Below are positions 20,081 to 30,098 of a stretch of 64,000 nucleotides of DNA, in pieces. This DNA comes from a virus. The notes beneath the pieces were generated by a model. That model had not been told where the DNA came from. It made no database searches and saw only the letters and a list, made by a program, of their open reading frames with translations. Position 1 is the first letter of the stretch. Each line of letters starts with the position of its first letter. The stretch covers positions 1 to 64,000 of the IMG/VR virus record IMGVR_UViG_3300008085_000023. The stretch is one strand, 5' to 3'. Both the position numbers and the translations under genes were made by a program.

Positions 20081-23000
20081 TTAGAAACCCAATCGGCTTG
20101 TAGCCTTAAGCGTTTCGTAATACTTCTTGACGAATTTCTTAATTACATCGGGCTTCATGACCTTGATGGTTTCCTTAGCTTCGTTCTCTTCTCGCTCCCA
20201 TTCGTAATAAGGGACAGGCGTTCCTGTTCCGATCTGAGAAATATCTCCGATAGTAATAGGTGTTCCCGCTTCAATGATCTCATCGGTCAAAGGATCCACG
20301 ATATCAACCGTTGTTATAAAATGATGAGGCGCTAACATAGCTTCTTCGTACGCATGTTCAATTACAAACTTGGATGTGTTTATATCAAAGGCTTCACCCT
20401 CAAAGCTTACTGCCTTGACCGACTCGATCCATGCCGCATTATTCGCTTCCTCTTCAAGATATCTCTCGGTTGGGAAGCTCGCATATTTCGTAATAATCTT
20501 GATAGGCTCGGTTACAGCATTCTGAATCTTGGAATCTGTAGATAGGAATGAATTCCCCATTTGCATATCCAACGAGTTTCCACTTGAGTCTGGCACTTCT
20601 CCCAAGATATTCTCATTCATATGCAAAGCCAAAAGTAGATGACTATCTTCTTCCTCATCAAAGTAATCATACTGCAGCGTATTATCGATGACATATAGGC
20701 CACGACCCTGTCTCCATAGTTTAGATACCTCAACCTGAGTTACTTCCATATCCCATGCAACCAACTGGTCAATTTGAGTAGCAGGCAGGTTCAGAAGCAT
20801 CGAGTTCGCTACGAGACCAACCGGACTAGCCGTAGGAATAGAATCTATCCAGTTAGCAGGTGCAGCACCTCCTGAAGTGATAGGAGTAACCTGAAGATTA
20901 TTAACCCACAACCTTGGATTAATACCATCATGCGTCAGAACAACATGATTCCACAGATCCATTGACACAGTATTTTCTGCAGTCATGAAATACCAGTCGT
21001 AATATGGTGCTACCGCAGTTTGTTTTATAACTAGCACCTGGCCATTAGATCTGAAGAACATCTGAATCATATCAGCATCAAAGATATGACTATCATCGTA
21101 GTTCGCCGCATCTCCTCCGATAGTAATATACCGAGGGATCTCATTCATGAATTTCTCAGTGATGACCGTAAACTCAGCAAAATTTCCCGCGTCAGGATTT
21201 TTTTCGAGATTGTCATTTGACAAAATACTAGAAAACGATTTTGGCTTCATCCATAAGGCTATCGTACCCTTAGAACTTGAGGCAGTCGTTGTAAAGTTAG
21301 GAACGAGACCGCGACCATCATATACACCCGAAGAAGTATAAGGATAATACGTTGCTGAATCATCATCATCAAGAATATACTGCCCAATGTTTTCTGTATC
21401 ATGTGCAATACTTAATCCATGGGGACCCCAGTCGGTAAGAGGATTCGAATCAGAGATATCGTAAGACGAGAAGTTATACAGGAACTCTAGACCTAATTGT
21501 CCTACGTCTGCGCAGAGAGCGCTTCCATTATTATAGAGGTACTGGATCATATTCTCATTATAGAACATATTGTAGATACCGAGCATACGATAAGATGCAT
21601 AGGTCTCACGCCCGAAGGATACCGTATTAATTCCGGGATCTTCCGTAATCTGGTCGAGCCAAAAGAAAGTTCCGCCGGCAAGGAGATTATAAGTACCCAC
21701 CGCTAGCCCGTCGATCCACAGTTGTGCTTTCGGAGTTTCATAACTAGCAGCTGTTAGCGCGATGTGATGCCATGACCCCGGTGATAGCAGGTACGCGCCT
21801 GTTGTGATTTCCCATTGCGTTGCCCCATCTGATTCTCCGTATATCACCGCGCCCAATTCCGTGATGGCGAATTGAATCTTTTGCATTTCAGCGCTTGCAT
21901 TATTCTCAAATTCCATATTGAACTGGTACTTCTCGCCGGATACTGAAGCAGCGATAGGTTTCACCCAACACGATATAGTACTTGCGGTATGCGCTTGAGT
22001 ATACTCTAGAATATTCGAAAGGTTCATGGGTTCATTGTCTTGCTCGACAAAGTAATCCGAATATGGCTGGCCGAGTCCATCTAGCTCTTGGAATAATGCA
22101 TGGTCATTTGGATCAACCAGAGTAATAGGAGATGTGTTTAGTATACTTCCGATAAGATCCGAATATTGCGAGGTGCCTTCCGTATACTTGAAATGCATTA
22201 CCATGTGGGCAACCATATCAGTATATGTAATGCCCGCGGTATATTCAGCCGAGTCCTGATATACTACCGAATCATAGTAGCGCTTCCGAATACCATACCA
22301 GTCCTTAGCACCTGCTTCCGTGCTAGTATCGGGCACATAATCCCATGAAGCAATATCACCAATGCTGACACGGCCGTTCGGAGTACTCCAATCGATACTA
22401 GGATCATCATTCCGAATCTCACCGCGATCGCTTCCAAGTATCTTAGCCGTTGTCCAATTGAATTGCGCTGATGTATATACTGAGTTGGAATCAATCCATG
22501 TTGCGGCAGAAGGGCTTCCGCCAAACGCCGAGATCATTTTGCCTACACTATTATTACTAATCAAGCCTGATCTAGTCATGAGTCTCGGCTGACTTCCGTC
22601 CTTGTTATTTCCAAGCGCAATCATGCACCATTCACCTGCATTCGGGTTATAAGGAAAGTCCATAGCATTATCCACCTGCCAGCAAGGGGTTATAACGTCT
22701 GTTATTGTATTCTTATACCACATAGCAGCGCGCAACACACCATATTCGATTCCAGATATAGGTTCACGATGTAACAAAGATACTTCAAGGTGTATAGTAT
22801 TGCCTGAGCCGGCATCGCCTTCCATATACATCAGAGTAGTATAAGCAGCACCTGCCTGATTATTGTATGCTGGAATAGAATTGAAGTACACAGGGAAGGT
22901 AAGCATCTTCATCTCTGTATTATATGCTTCATCAATCAACGGGAGTATATTCACGTAAGCATCGGCATCATCACCCTTTTCGAATTCAATATAAGACACA

Positions 23001-23842
23001 GGCTTAGTAGGATTCGGCCCGTTCAGAATACTTTGAGCGCCTTGAGTGAACACCGCCTGATGTTGGGCAGCGTTTATAGTATAAGGTTGGAATAATAGCG
23101 AGCGCGATGGGAGCGGCCGATTCTGAATGTAACTTTGCTCTTCACCGGACTCCGAAGCGTACGGGTTATACAGAGAGAATTTAAAGTAGGCCGGGACTTC
23201 AGAAGTCTCTGCGAAAAGAAAAGGATCGCTAACATTCGAAAGCCATAGTTGAGTCCGATCAGCATCGTACCCTTTTACGTCAGCTCCTTGTGTCAGCCGC
23301 GAATCTGTATTAATTATGCCTCGTAGAAGATTCCCTGCAGCATCACAGCGATGTACTCTAAGATTCTTATACGCTAAGTCCATACCCGCCAATATATTAC
23401 CAATTACCACAGTATTTGGTTCGCCATCCATTAAATCTATACGTAAATCGGAATACAGCATATCAATATTCCAATCTTGGATCAGCATGTCATTTATGTC
23501 TTCATTGAAAAACTGAGGAAAAACCGTAAAAATACCGTACTTATTATATTTCTCATCGGTGTACCTTTGAAGGGCATGCTGACTTCTAGGCCATTCGTCG
23601 ATACCATTCTTTAGATGATCGTTGAGAATAAAGAAGGTCCAAGCATAGTCAGGTGTACCATACAAATCATATGATACTTGATCAGGACGTGCTCCATTCT
23701 CTATAGTATACTTCTGATAATTGATGTAGGAATTCAAGTACTTATCGTCTACATCAACGAAGCGATAGATGTCTTGATACTGTAGAATAGAAGATCCGAT
23801 TTTTAGATCGACTGTTGGGAATTTTTCAAAGAATGTAGCCAT
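20081..23842 (-). CDS. gp53: Baseplate wedge gp53 with a large internal LamG/ConA-like insertion, 1253 aa
   Basis: N-term RPDQVSYDLYGTPDY.WTFFILND; C-term YYEWEREENEAK..IKVMKP; internal TISCWVKP, WHHIALT, TIALWMKP, WNHVVLTHDG. Confidence 0.8.
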   Translation of the reverse strand: MATFFEKFPTVDLKIGSSILQYQDIYRFVDVDDKYLNSYINYQKYTIENGARPDQVSYDLYGTPDYAWTFFILNDHLKNGIDEWPRSQHALQRYTDEKYNKYGIFTVFPQFFNEDINDMLIQDWNIDMLYSDLRIDLMDGEPNTVVIGNILAGMDLAYKNLRVHRCDAAGNLLRGIINTDSRLTQGADVKGYDADRTQLWLSNVSDPFLFAETSEVPAYFKFSLYNPYASESGEEQSYIQNRPLPSRSLLFQPYTINAAQHQAVFTQGAQSILNGPNPTKPVSYIEFEKGDDADAYVNILPLIDEAYNTEMKMLTFPVYFNSIPAYNNQAGAAYTTLMYMEGDAGSGNTIHLEVSLLHREPISGIEYGVLRAAMWYKNTITDVITPCWQVDNAMDFPYNPNAGEWCMIALGNNKDGSQPRLMTRSGLISNNSVGKMISAFGGSPSAATWIDSNSVYTSAQFNWTTAKILGSDRGEIRNDDPSIDWSTPNGRVSIGDIASWDYVPDTSTEAGAKDWYGIRKRYYDSVVYQDSAEYTAGITYTDMVAHMVMHFKYTEGTSQYSDLIGSILNTSPITLVDPNDHALFQELDGLGQPYSDYFVEQDNEPMNLSNILEYTQAHTASTISCWVKPIAASVSGEKYQFNMEFENNASAEMQKIQFAITELGAVIYGESDGATQWEITTGAYLLSPGSWHHIALTAASYETPKAQLWIDGLAVGTYNLLAGGTFFWLDQITEDPGINTVSFGRETYASYRMLGIYNMFYNENMIQYLYNNGSALCADVGQLGLEFLYNFSSYDISDSNPLTDWGPHGLSIAHDTENIGQYILDDDDSATYYPYTSSGVYDGRGLVPNFTTTASSSKGTIALWMKPKSFSSILSNDNLEKNPDAGNFAEFTVITEKFMNEIPRYITIGGDAANYDDSHIFDADMIQMFFRSNGQVLVIKQTAVAPYYDWYFMTAENTVSMDLWNHVVLTHDGINPRLWVNNLQVTPITSGGAAPANWIDSIPTASPVGLVANSMLLNLPATQIDQLVAWDMEVTQVEVSKLWRQGRGLYVIDNTLQYDYFDEEEDSHLLLALHMNENILGEVPDSSGNSLDMQMGNSFLSTDSKIQNAVTEPIKIITKYASFPTERYLEEEANNAAWIESVKAVSFEGEAFDINTSKFVIEHAYEEAMLAPHHFITTVDIVDPLTDEIIEAGTPITIGDISQIGTGTPVPYYEWEREENEAKETIKVMKPDVIKKFVKKYYETLKATSRLGF

Positions 23843-23846
23843 GTTA

Positions 23847-24563
23847 TTATACGTCCTTACGGGTTAGAGCGCGCGTCTCTTGCATAGTGATGGAGATCTC
23901 TGTCTCGACGGGAGACATATCCGTTTTGAACATCAGTGCACTTGGATTAAATGTGGTATTGAGGCCCGTGAGATAGCATTCATATATCTTAGGCAACCAC
24001 TTATTTTCTCCGCCACCCGATGAGCTATTGACGAATTTGACATCCCATGTTGGAGGATAGCTTAATAGGATATTAGACCCGTCATCTTGTACGAATGGAT
24101 AGATGGCCGAGCGAAGCAATTCATGGAGTGCTTTAATTTGATTTGTATCTCCAGGCGTTCTTCCTACTAAGGTGAAACCAAATGTAAATGAGCGCACGTT
24201 ATTGCCTTCAAAGGTCGTATTGGTATTGGGATTCAATACTCTGCGATTGGATGCCATGGCGATCTCTGCTCCATTCTGAGGCAAAAGCTTTGCTGCAGAA
24301 TTCTTGGTCAGATCGTTGATCTGCGCCTTTGCTACATCCAATACCATATTACCCCGGTCGGCATCTAATTTAATAGCTTGTGTGCCCATATCAATTGTCG
24401 AATACGAGCCTCCATCTTCGAATGATACACCTGCAGGAATTGGCAGGAAGATATCACCCTGGAGAGGATCGCCGCCCTGTGATGGTTTAATATGAAAATG
24501 CACAAAGGGACGGCCTGTTGGGGTGTTCCCTAGATTTTCTGGAATTACGATTGTGTTTGGCAT
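23847..24563 (-). CDS. gp48: Baseplate tail-tube cap gp48
   Basis: IFLPIP, LNPN....FEG...RSFTFGF, YPP.W, C.LT......NP, ITMQE. Confidence 0.85.
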   Translation of the reverse strand: MPNTIVIPENLGNTPTGRPFVHFHIKPSQGGDPLQGDIFLPIPAGVSFEDGGSYSTIDMGTQAIKLDADRGNMVLDVAKAQINDLTKNSAAKLLPQNGAEIAMASNRRVLNPNTNTTFEGNNVRSFTFGFTLVGRTPGDTNQIKALHELLRSAIYPFVQDDGSNILLSYPPTWDVKFVNSSSGGGENKWLPKIYECYLTGLNTTFNPSALMFKTDMSPVETEISITMQETRALTRKDV

Positions 24564-24607
24564 ACTTCTATTTACCCTCTGCGTGTATCTTTCCGTGTGT
24601 GTGTGTG

Positions 24608-24622
24608 TATAAATTATTTATA
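24608..24622. promoter_or_regulatory. Overlapping divergent late promoters (+ TATAAATT for gp4; - TATAAATA for gp48)
   Basis: tataaattatttata at 24608-24622, preceded by (GT)7. Confidence 0.6.
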
Positions 24623-25122
24623 TGACATATCATGGCAAATATAGAGTACAGCATGCTGAGAAATACAAAGGCGACCCTACAAAGGTTACTTATAGGTCCC
24701 TATGGGAACGTCAGGTCTTTCGTTGGTTGGATGCTAATTCAAAAGTAGTATGGTGGAATTCCGAAGAGCTCGTTATACCTTATTACTGTATGACAGACAA
24801 GAAGCAACATCGATATTTTGTTGATGTTCAGGTGCAATTCAACAAAGGTCCTATTCGTTGTATTGAGATCAAGCCCGCGGCGCAAACCATTAAGCCAGAG
24901 AAGAAGCAGGGCAAGAGACGATCACGTTATCTTCAAGAGGCGACGACATATGCTAAGAATTATTCCAAATGGATGACGGCGCGCGGCTATTGCGAGAAAA
25001 GAGGTTGGGTGTTTGAAATTTGGACAGAACATACATTAACTGCTCTGGGCATTCGTATTCTAAGGGCAGCGCATGTGAAGAAGAAGAAAACCAACCGTAA
25101 TAATAAGCCGAACACTTTATAA
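24622..25122 (+). CDS. gp4: Head completion nuclease gp4 (TnsA-like)
   Basis: KYKGDP..V.YRSLWER, W.SEE..IPY, HRYFVD, IEIKP. Confidence 0.92.
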   Translation: MTYHGKYRVQHAEKYKGDPTKVTYRSLWERQVFRWLDANSKVVWWNSEELVIPYYCMTDKKQHRYFVDVQVQFNKGPIRCIEIKPAAQTIKPEKKQGKRRSRYLQEATTYAKNYSKWMTARGYCEKRGWVFEIWTEHTLTALGIRILRAAHVKKKKTNRNNKPNTL

Positions 25123-25164
25123 AGGTGAGAGACCCTTCGATCATTGCTGCTATAAATAGAATAT

Positions 25165-25770
25165 ATGAAGAACTCGCTGCTGCAAAAATACATTGAGATG
25201 TTACGAAAAGAGGGAATGCAAACCCTCACAAAGAGAAGCCGTGATTGGTTCATCGATTTGGCAATGGGGGGAACGCTAAAAGGTAGCTTTAAGAAATTGG
25301 TAAACGATCCTAATGTAAAGACTCGTACTAATCCCATGATTGGTAAGATGTATTTCTTTAAATACGATCCAAAATACAAAACAACTTTGCCATATTACGA
25401 CAGATACCCTCTGATCATCCTTGCAGACCGTCCTAAGAAGGGCAAGGGATTCTATGGCATGAACCTACATTACCTTTCACCATTAGATCGTGCCAAGCTT
25501 CTGGGTGCAATGTACCCTACTCTGTCAACCACTGGCAAAGAGTTAAAGCCTTCAACCCGTCTTAGAATTTCGTATGGTATTCTTAAGGCAGCATCGCGTT
25601 TTAGATTATTCAAGCCAACATTTAAGCGTTATTTACCTGACCATATTAAATCACAAATAGTCGAGATCCCAGCAGAATTCTGGGAGATCGCAATGTTTAT
25701 GCCAACTCAGAAGTTTGTCGGAAGCACAGTATCTACAGTGTGGTCTGAAAGTAGAAAGAAGGGAAGATAA
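25165..25770 (+). CDS. gp2: DNA end protector gp2
   Basis: GKMYFF.YDPK.K.TLPYYDRYPL, G.NLHYL, FKRYL; late promoter at 25151-25158. Confidence 0.92.
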   Translation: MKNSLLQKYIEMLRKEGMQTLTKRSRDWFIDLAMGGTLKGSFKKLVNDPNVKTRTNPMIGKMYFFKYDPKYKTTLPYYDRYPLIILADRPKKGKGFYGMNLHYLSPLDRAKLLGAMYPTLSTTGKELKPSTRLRISYGILKAASRFRLFKPTFKRYLPDHIKSQIVEIPAEFWEIAMFMPTQKFVGSTVSTVWSESRKKGR

Positions 25771-25772
25771 TA

Positions 25773-26279
25773 ATGGCCGTTTCATTAAATGCAATCATGT
25801 CCGAGATTAATTCGCGGGGTCTTCACTCATCTAACCGATATCGTCTAGAGATACCTCGTAAAGGCATGGGCCCCGATCTCGAAATGTTTGCTGAAGCAGT
25901 AAATATCCCAGGCATGCAGATAACGACCTTTGAATATCCGATGGACAACGTTAAATATCAGGTTAAGGTACCTAATGGCACGATTCTTGAGGATATTACA
26001 ATCACCTTTATGCTTACCAATGACTTCAAGATCAAGAAATTCTTTGATGAATGGGTTACTGAGATCGTAACACCTGAATATTTGCTCAATTATTGCGATA
26101 AATACGAGCAGGATATTAAGGTTGAGGCACTTGATCAAACAGGAGCTGTTGTCTATACAGCCAAAATTATTGGAGCATATCCTATCACTGTCGCGTCTAT
26201 ACCATTATCGTATGGAGCACAAAACGAATACACCAAACTCGAAGTGACCTTAACAGCCATCACTGCGATATTTGAATAA
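25773..26279 (+). CDS. gp54: Tail-tube family protein (gp54-like tube initiator)
   Basis: NRY, V.IPG, ITITF, FFDEW, AYP..V....LS tube fold; located between gp2 and gp26. Confidence 0.7.
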   Translation: MAVSLNAIMSEINSRGLHSSNRYRLEIPRKGMGPDLEMFAEAVNIPGMQITTFEYPMDNVKYQVKVPNGTILEDITITFMLTNDFKIKKFFDEWVTEIVTPEYLLNYCDKYEQDIKVEALDQTGAVVYTAKIIGAYPITVASIPLSYGAQNEYTKLEVTLTAITAIFE

Positions 26280-26322
26280 ATATAACTGAACACAGTTAAC
26301 AACATAATGAGGAAATTATAAT

Positions 26323-27018
26323 ATGGCACTCCCAATACTACAAGTAACGAAATATAACACAGTAATCCCTTCAACCGGAAAGCGAGTTCAATATCGTTCA
26401 TTCTTGATTAAAGAAGAAAAGATTCTGCTGATGGCCCAGGAGTCTGGTGAAAGTGAACAAGTCATCCAAGCATTGAAAGATGTGGTCAATGCATGCACAT
26501 TTGAGAAGATCGATGTAGATGCCCTTACATCATACGATCTCGAACATCTCTTTATTCAATTGCGAATGAAGTCCGTTGGTGAAACCATTGATCTTCAGGC
26601 GAAGTGTCCTGAGTGTAAGTCAGTGAACCCTATGGTGGTTGATCTCAACGAGGTCACCATCAAGGGTGATGCTAACACTAATCCTAAGATTCAATTGACC
26701 GATGATGTTGGCATTATTGCCCGGCCTATTCCTGTTGCTGATATGGACGAGGTATCTGATAAGACAGAGGACTTCACCAAGATGATTGCTCTATGCATTG
26801 AGTCTGTGTATGATACGGAAAATGTTTACAAACGTAAGGATACATCAAAGGCTGAGCTTCTAGAATTCGTATCCTCACTTAACCACGATCAGTTGATGAA
26901 GATTGAAGCTTACATCTCAGCGCAGCCGAAGTTGACATACACAAACGAATTAAAATGCCACAAATGTGGCGCTGTTATTAAGGTGGAGCTGAACGGGCTA
27001 CAAGATTTTTTTCAATAG
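26323..27018 (+). CDS. gp26: Baseplate hub assembly chaperone gp26
   Basis: MALP, IPSTGK.V.YR.FL.KEEKILL.A, LR.KSVGE, two CxxC pairs, GLQDFF end. Confidence 0.92.
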   Translation: MALPILQVTKYNTVIPSTGKRVQYRSFLIKEEKILLMAQESGESEQVIQALKDVVNACTFEKIDVDALTSYDLEHLFIQLRMKSVGETIDLQAKCPECKSVNPMVVDLNEVTIKGDANTNPKIQLTDDVGIIARPIPVADMDEVSDKTEDFTKMIALCIESVYDTENVYKRKDTSKAELLEFVSSLNHDQLMKIEAYISAQPKLTYTNELKCHKCGAVIKVELNGLQDFFQ

Positions 27019-27209
27019 CCCTTTCCCATAACAATATTGTCAATTATTATAAGACAAACTTTGCTTTGATGCAACACCATAAATACAGTTTGACTGAGCT
27101 AGACAATATGATACCTTGGGAAAGGGAAATCTACTTGTCTTTGCTCAATCAACACATTCAGGAAGAGAATGAAAGAGCTCGTAAAGAGCAAGCAAGAATG
27201 AGACGTTAG
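27012..27209 (+). CDS. gp51: gp51-like segment in the -1 frame of gp26 (probable frameshift product)
   Basis: SIALSHNNIVNYYKTNFALMQHHKYSLTELDNMIPWEREIY...; not in the ORF track; T7 run at 27006-27012. Confidence 0.85.
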   Translation, partial: SIALSHNNIVNYYKTNFALMQHHKYSLTELDNMIPWEREIYLSLLNQHIQEENERARKEQARMRR

Positions 27210-27221
27210 AAAGAGATAGCT

Positions 27222-29924
27222 ATGGCTGAAAAGAAACAGAAGATGAATGGCCCTGATAATAAAAAGGTCAGAGTCGGCGATCTGCTTCAGAATAATGATA
27301 CCATAGATGTCTCTAAGGATATGGGCGAGCTTAAGAAGGAACTTATTGCCCGTGTTAAAGCAAATCTTCCTAAGCGTTTCAAATTCAATCGCGATATTGA
27401 CACCAGTACACTAATTGGTATTGATACAATTAACGCTGATGGCCTACTCCCTGAGATTACATCACTTCGTCGTAGCTTCCTAGCTAATTTAGAAGCGGCT
27501 CTTCCTAAGAAGTTTAACTTTGCTGATGAGATCGACATTTCTAAGTTGCTTGGTGAGAACGATAAAGATGGTTACGCCACAGCCTTTGCCTTTAGTTCAA
27601 TGAAGCGAAAGCTGCTTGGCCGAATTAAGGACAGCCTTCCTGATGAATTTGATTTTGATAAGTCGGTAAATGTTGCAGGGTTACTTGGTACCAATGAGAA
27701 AGATCAAATTCTAACAGCAACGCGGTTCACCTCGTTGAAGTGGGACCTTCTAAAACGTATTCGTAAAGCGCTGCCTGACACATTTGAATTTGATAACATG
27801 GTGAAGATCACCGACCTATTGGGTGTTAATTCGAGCGATCAGATTCTAACAGCTATTGCATTCGCGAAGATGAAGAGTAAGCTGCTTAAGAAGATGGATG
27901 CATCTCTTCCTGATGAGTTCAATTGGAATGCTAATTTTTCCATTGGTGATTTGTTTGGTGTCAGTGAAAAAACCAATGCCATAGGCCAAATTCAATTAGC
28001 CCTACTTAGACAGTCAGTTATTAAGCAGGCCAAGGCTGCATTGAAGGCTGGCGCCAAATCTGGAGTCACTGGAGAGGCGCCAGAGGCACTTCAACAAGTA
28101 GCCGCAGATGTTAATGTGGATGGTCGTACTGAAGTGATTCAGGAGGCTCCTACAGTAAAAACTCCTGCCGCTCCAATTGTGAATGTAACTTCTCCTACTG
28201 CGGTTGAAACAACTGCTCCTGAAATTTCTGTCGAACCTACCGCACCTCAGACGATCATCAAAACATCACCTATTGAAGTGCCAGATGATCATCCAGGATT
28301 TCGTACTAACAAATTACTTGAACAAATCGTTAGCTTCTTTCAACGCAGCTCCCTACAAGATGTAGAGAACCAACGCGAACAAGATCGTCTATTCACAAAC
28401 ATTGCAGATAATCTTGAAGGTGCAGGCGCTGCGGGTGTTGCAACACCGGACAATGATAAGAATAGCAGCGGAGGCGGATTACTAAAAGGAATCGGTAAGA
28501 GCCTCAAAGGATTGGGCGCCGGCCTTAGTGGACTTGGTAAGGGCCTTGCTAATTTGGGCAAAGGAATCGGTAAGAGCCTTGGCGGAATTATTCAGGGTAC
28601 ATTCACTGGCCTTAGTAAGGGTCTTAGAGCTTTATCTGATCCAAAGTTATTAATTGGTGTTGCCGTTCTTGGTGCTTTAACTGGTGTGTTATGGCTTGCT
28701 AGCAAAGCATTTAAGCAATTTGGTAACATTAATTGGAAAGACGTCCTAATTGGTGTTGGTGTTCTAGCAGTGATGGGCGCTGGTCTTGCAGCCATCGGTG
28801 GCGCAGCTCCCATGATGCTGGTTGGTTCTATTGCGTTAATCGCCGTGGCTGCTGCGATTGGCATCGCTGGTTATGCATTTAAGCAATTTGCCGATATTGA
28901 TTGGAAGGGTGTAGGCATTGGTCTTGGCATATTAGCAATGACAGCAGTGGTGACGGCAGCATTGGGTTCAGTAGCTGCATTAATGATTGCTGGCGCAGTA
29001 GGTGTCGCGGCTGTTGGTGCTGCTTTAATTCCTGCGGCTATTGCATTTGAAAAGTTCGGAGGCATCAGCTGGGGTGATGTTAAGACTGGTCTTAAAATAT
29101 TAGGCATTGCTGCAATTGCAATGACAGCTTTTGGCCTTGCAGCGCCATTAGCTATCGTTGGAGCTGGAGCGATCGCAGCAGTCGGTGTTGCGCTTATACC
29201 TGCAGCAGCGGCATTTGAAATATTTGGCCGAGCTGCTGAGCTATTCCAAGGTGTATTTGAACGCTTAGTGCTATCCCTTGAACGTATTGGTAACATTAGC
29301 GGCGATGCCCTTAGTCAAGTCGCAGTTGGCATTAAGGCACTTGGTGGGGCATTGCTCGAATTCGCTGGAGGCACACTCCTAGCAGGATTGGTTGACTTCT
29401 TTACAAAGAATCCTTTCCGATACTTTGAACGTATTGGTGCTCAAGGAGAAGGCCTTGCGCTAGCAGCAAAATCTATTGTTGATCTGCGAGCAGCGTTGGA
29501 TCTCTTTAATAGTAAGAATGACAAGAGTCTTCTATCGTTCTTTACGAAAGATACTGCTCAAAAAATTGGTAACTTCACAAAGAATCTTGCTAAGTCAATT
29601 GATCCTCGTGATATCCGCAAGACGACGTCTATGATTGACACGTTAGCTGATTCGTTCACAAATCTGTTGAACGTTATGCGGCAGGTTGGTGATGCGACGC
29701 TTGAAGGTCTATCAGGAAAGATTGCTATCCCAGGCGAATTCATTCTCCAAGGTGCTGCTGAAGGTGCTGCCCTAGCAGCCTCTGCTCCAGTTACGATCTA
29801 TAACGAAGCGCCAAGTCGTAAAGCACGGGGCTCTGTCAATAATACTACGAACAATGTATCGTATAGTCAAAGTAATCATATTGATGATACGATGCAGAAT
29901 GCCATCTATATAAACCGCTTCTAA
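27222..29924 (+). CDS. gp29: Tape measure protein (gp29-like), 900 aa
   Basis: Follows gp26/51; Ala/Gly-rich hydrophobic repeats (F..INW..V..G); NTTNNVS C-terminus. Confidence 0.75.
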   Translation: MAEKKQKMNGPDNKKVRVGDLLQNNDTIDVSKDMGELKKELIARVKANLPKRFKFNRDIDTSTLIGIDTINADGLLPEITSLRRSFLANLEAALPKKFNFADEIDISKLLGENDKDGYATAFAFSSMKRKLLGRIKDSLPDEFDFDKSVNVAGLLGTNEKDQILTATRFTSLKWDLLKRIRKALPDTFEFDNMVKITDLLGVNSSDQILTAIAFAKMKSKLLKKMDASLPDEFNWNANFSIGDLFGVSEKTNAIGQIQLALLRQSVIKQAKAALKAGAKSGVTGEAPEALQQVAADVNVDGRTEVIQEAPTVKTPAAPIVNVTSPTAVETTAPEISVEPTAPQTIIKTSPIEVPDDHPGFRTNKLLEQIVSFFQRSSLQDVENQREQDRLFTNIADNLEGAGAAGVATPDNDKNSSGGGLLKGIGKSLKGLGAGLSGLGKGLANLGKGIGKSLGGIIQGTFTGLSKGLRALSDPKLLIGVAVLGALTGVLWLASKAFKQFGNINWKDVLIGVGVLAVMGAGLAAIGGAAPMMLVGSIALIAVAAAIGIAGYAFKQFADIDWKGVGIGLGILAMTAVVTAALGSVAALMIAGAVGVAAVGAALIPAAIAFEKFGGISWGDVKTGLKILGIAAIAMTAFGLAAPLAIVGAGAIAAVGVALIPAAAAFEIFGRAAELFQGVFERLVLSLERIGNISGDALSQVAVGIKALGGALLEFAGGTLLAGLVDFFTKNPFRYFERIGAQGEGLALAAKSIVDLRAALDLFNSKNDKSLLSFFTKDTAQKIGNFTKNLAKSIDPRDIRKTTSMIDTLADSFTNLLNVMRQVGDATLEGLSGKIAIPGEFILQGAAEGAALAASAPVTIYNEAPSRKARGSVNNTTNNVSYSQSNHIDDTMQNAIYINRF

Positions 29925-30040
29925 CTGCAGTTTTATGGTCTCCTGAGTCACTCCTGAAGCATCCGCCGTCTCCAGGCCGTATATTCCCCTTGGTGGCATA
30001 GAGAAATGATTCTGTGGACTGCCCGAGGTGCTCTCGAACC

Positions 30041-30077
30041 AAAAAAAGCGGCCCCTGAGATTACTCCCAGAGGCCGC
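30041..30077 (-). terminator. Rho-independent terminator of gp32
   Basis: GCGGCCTCTGGGAG-TAAT-CTCAGGGGCCGC followed by T7. Confidence 0.85.
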
Positions 30078-30098
30078 ATCCATACATGTGACTACAGA

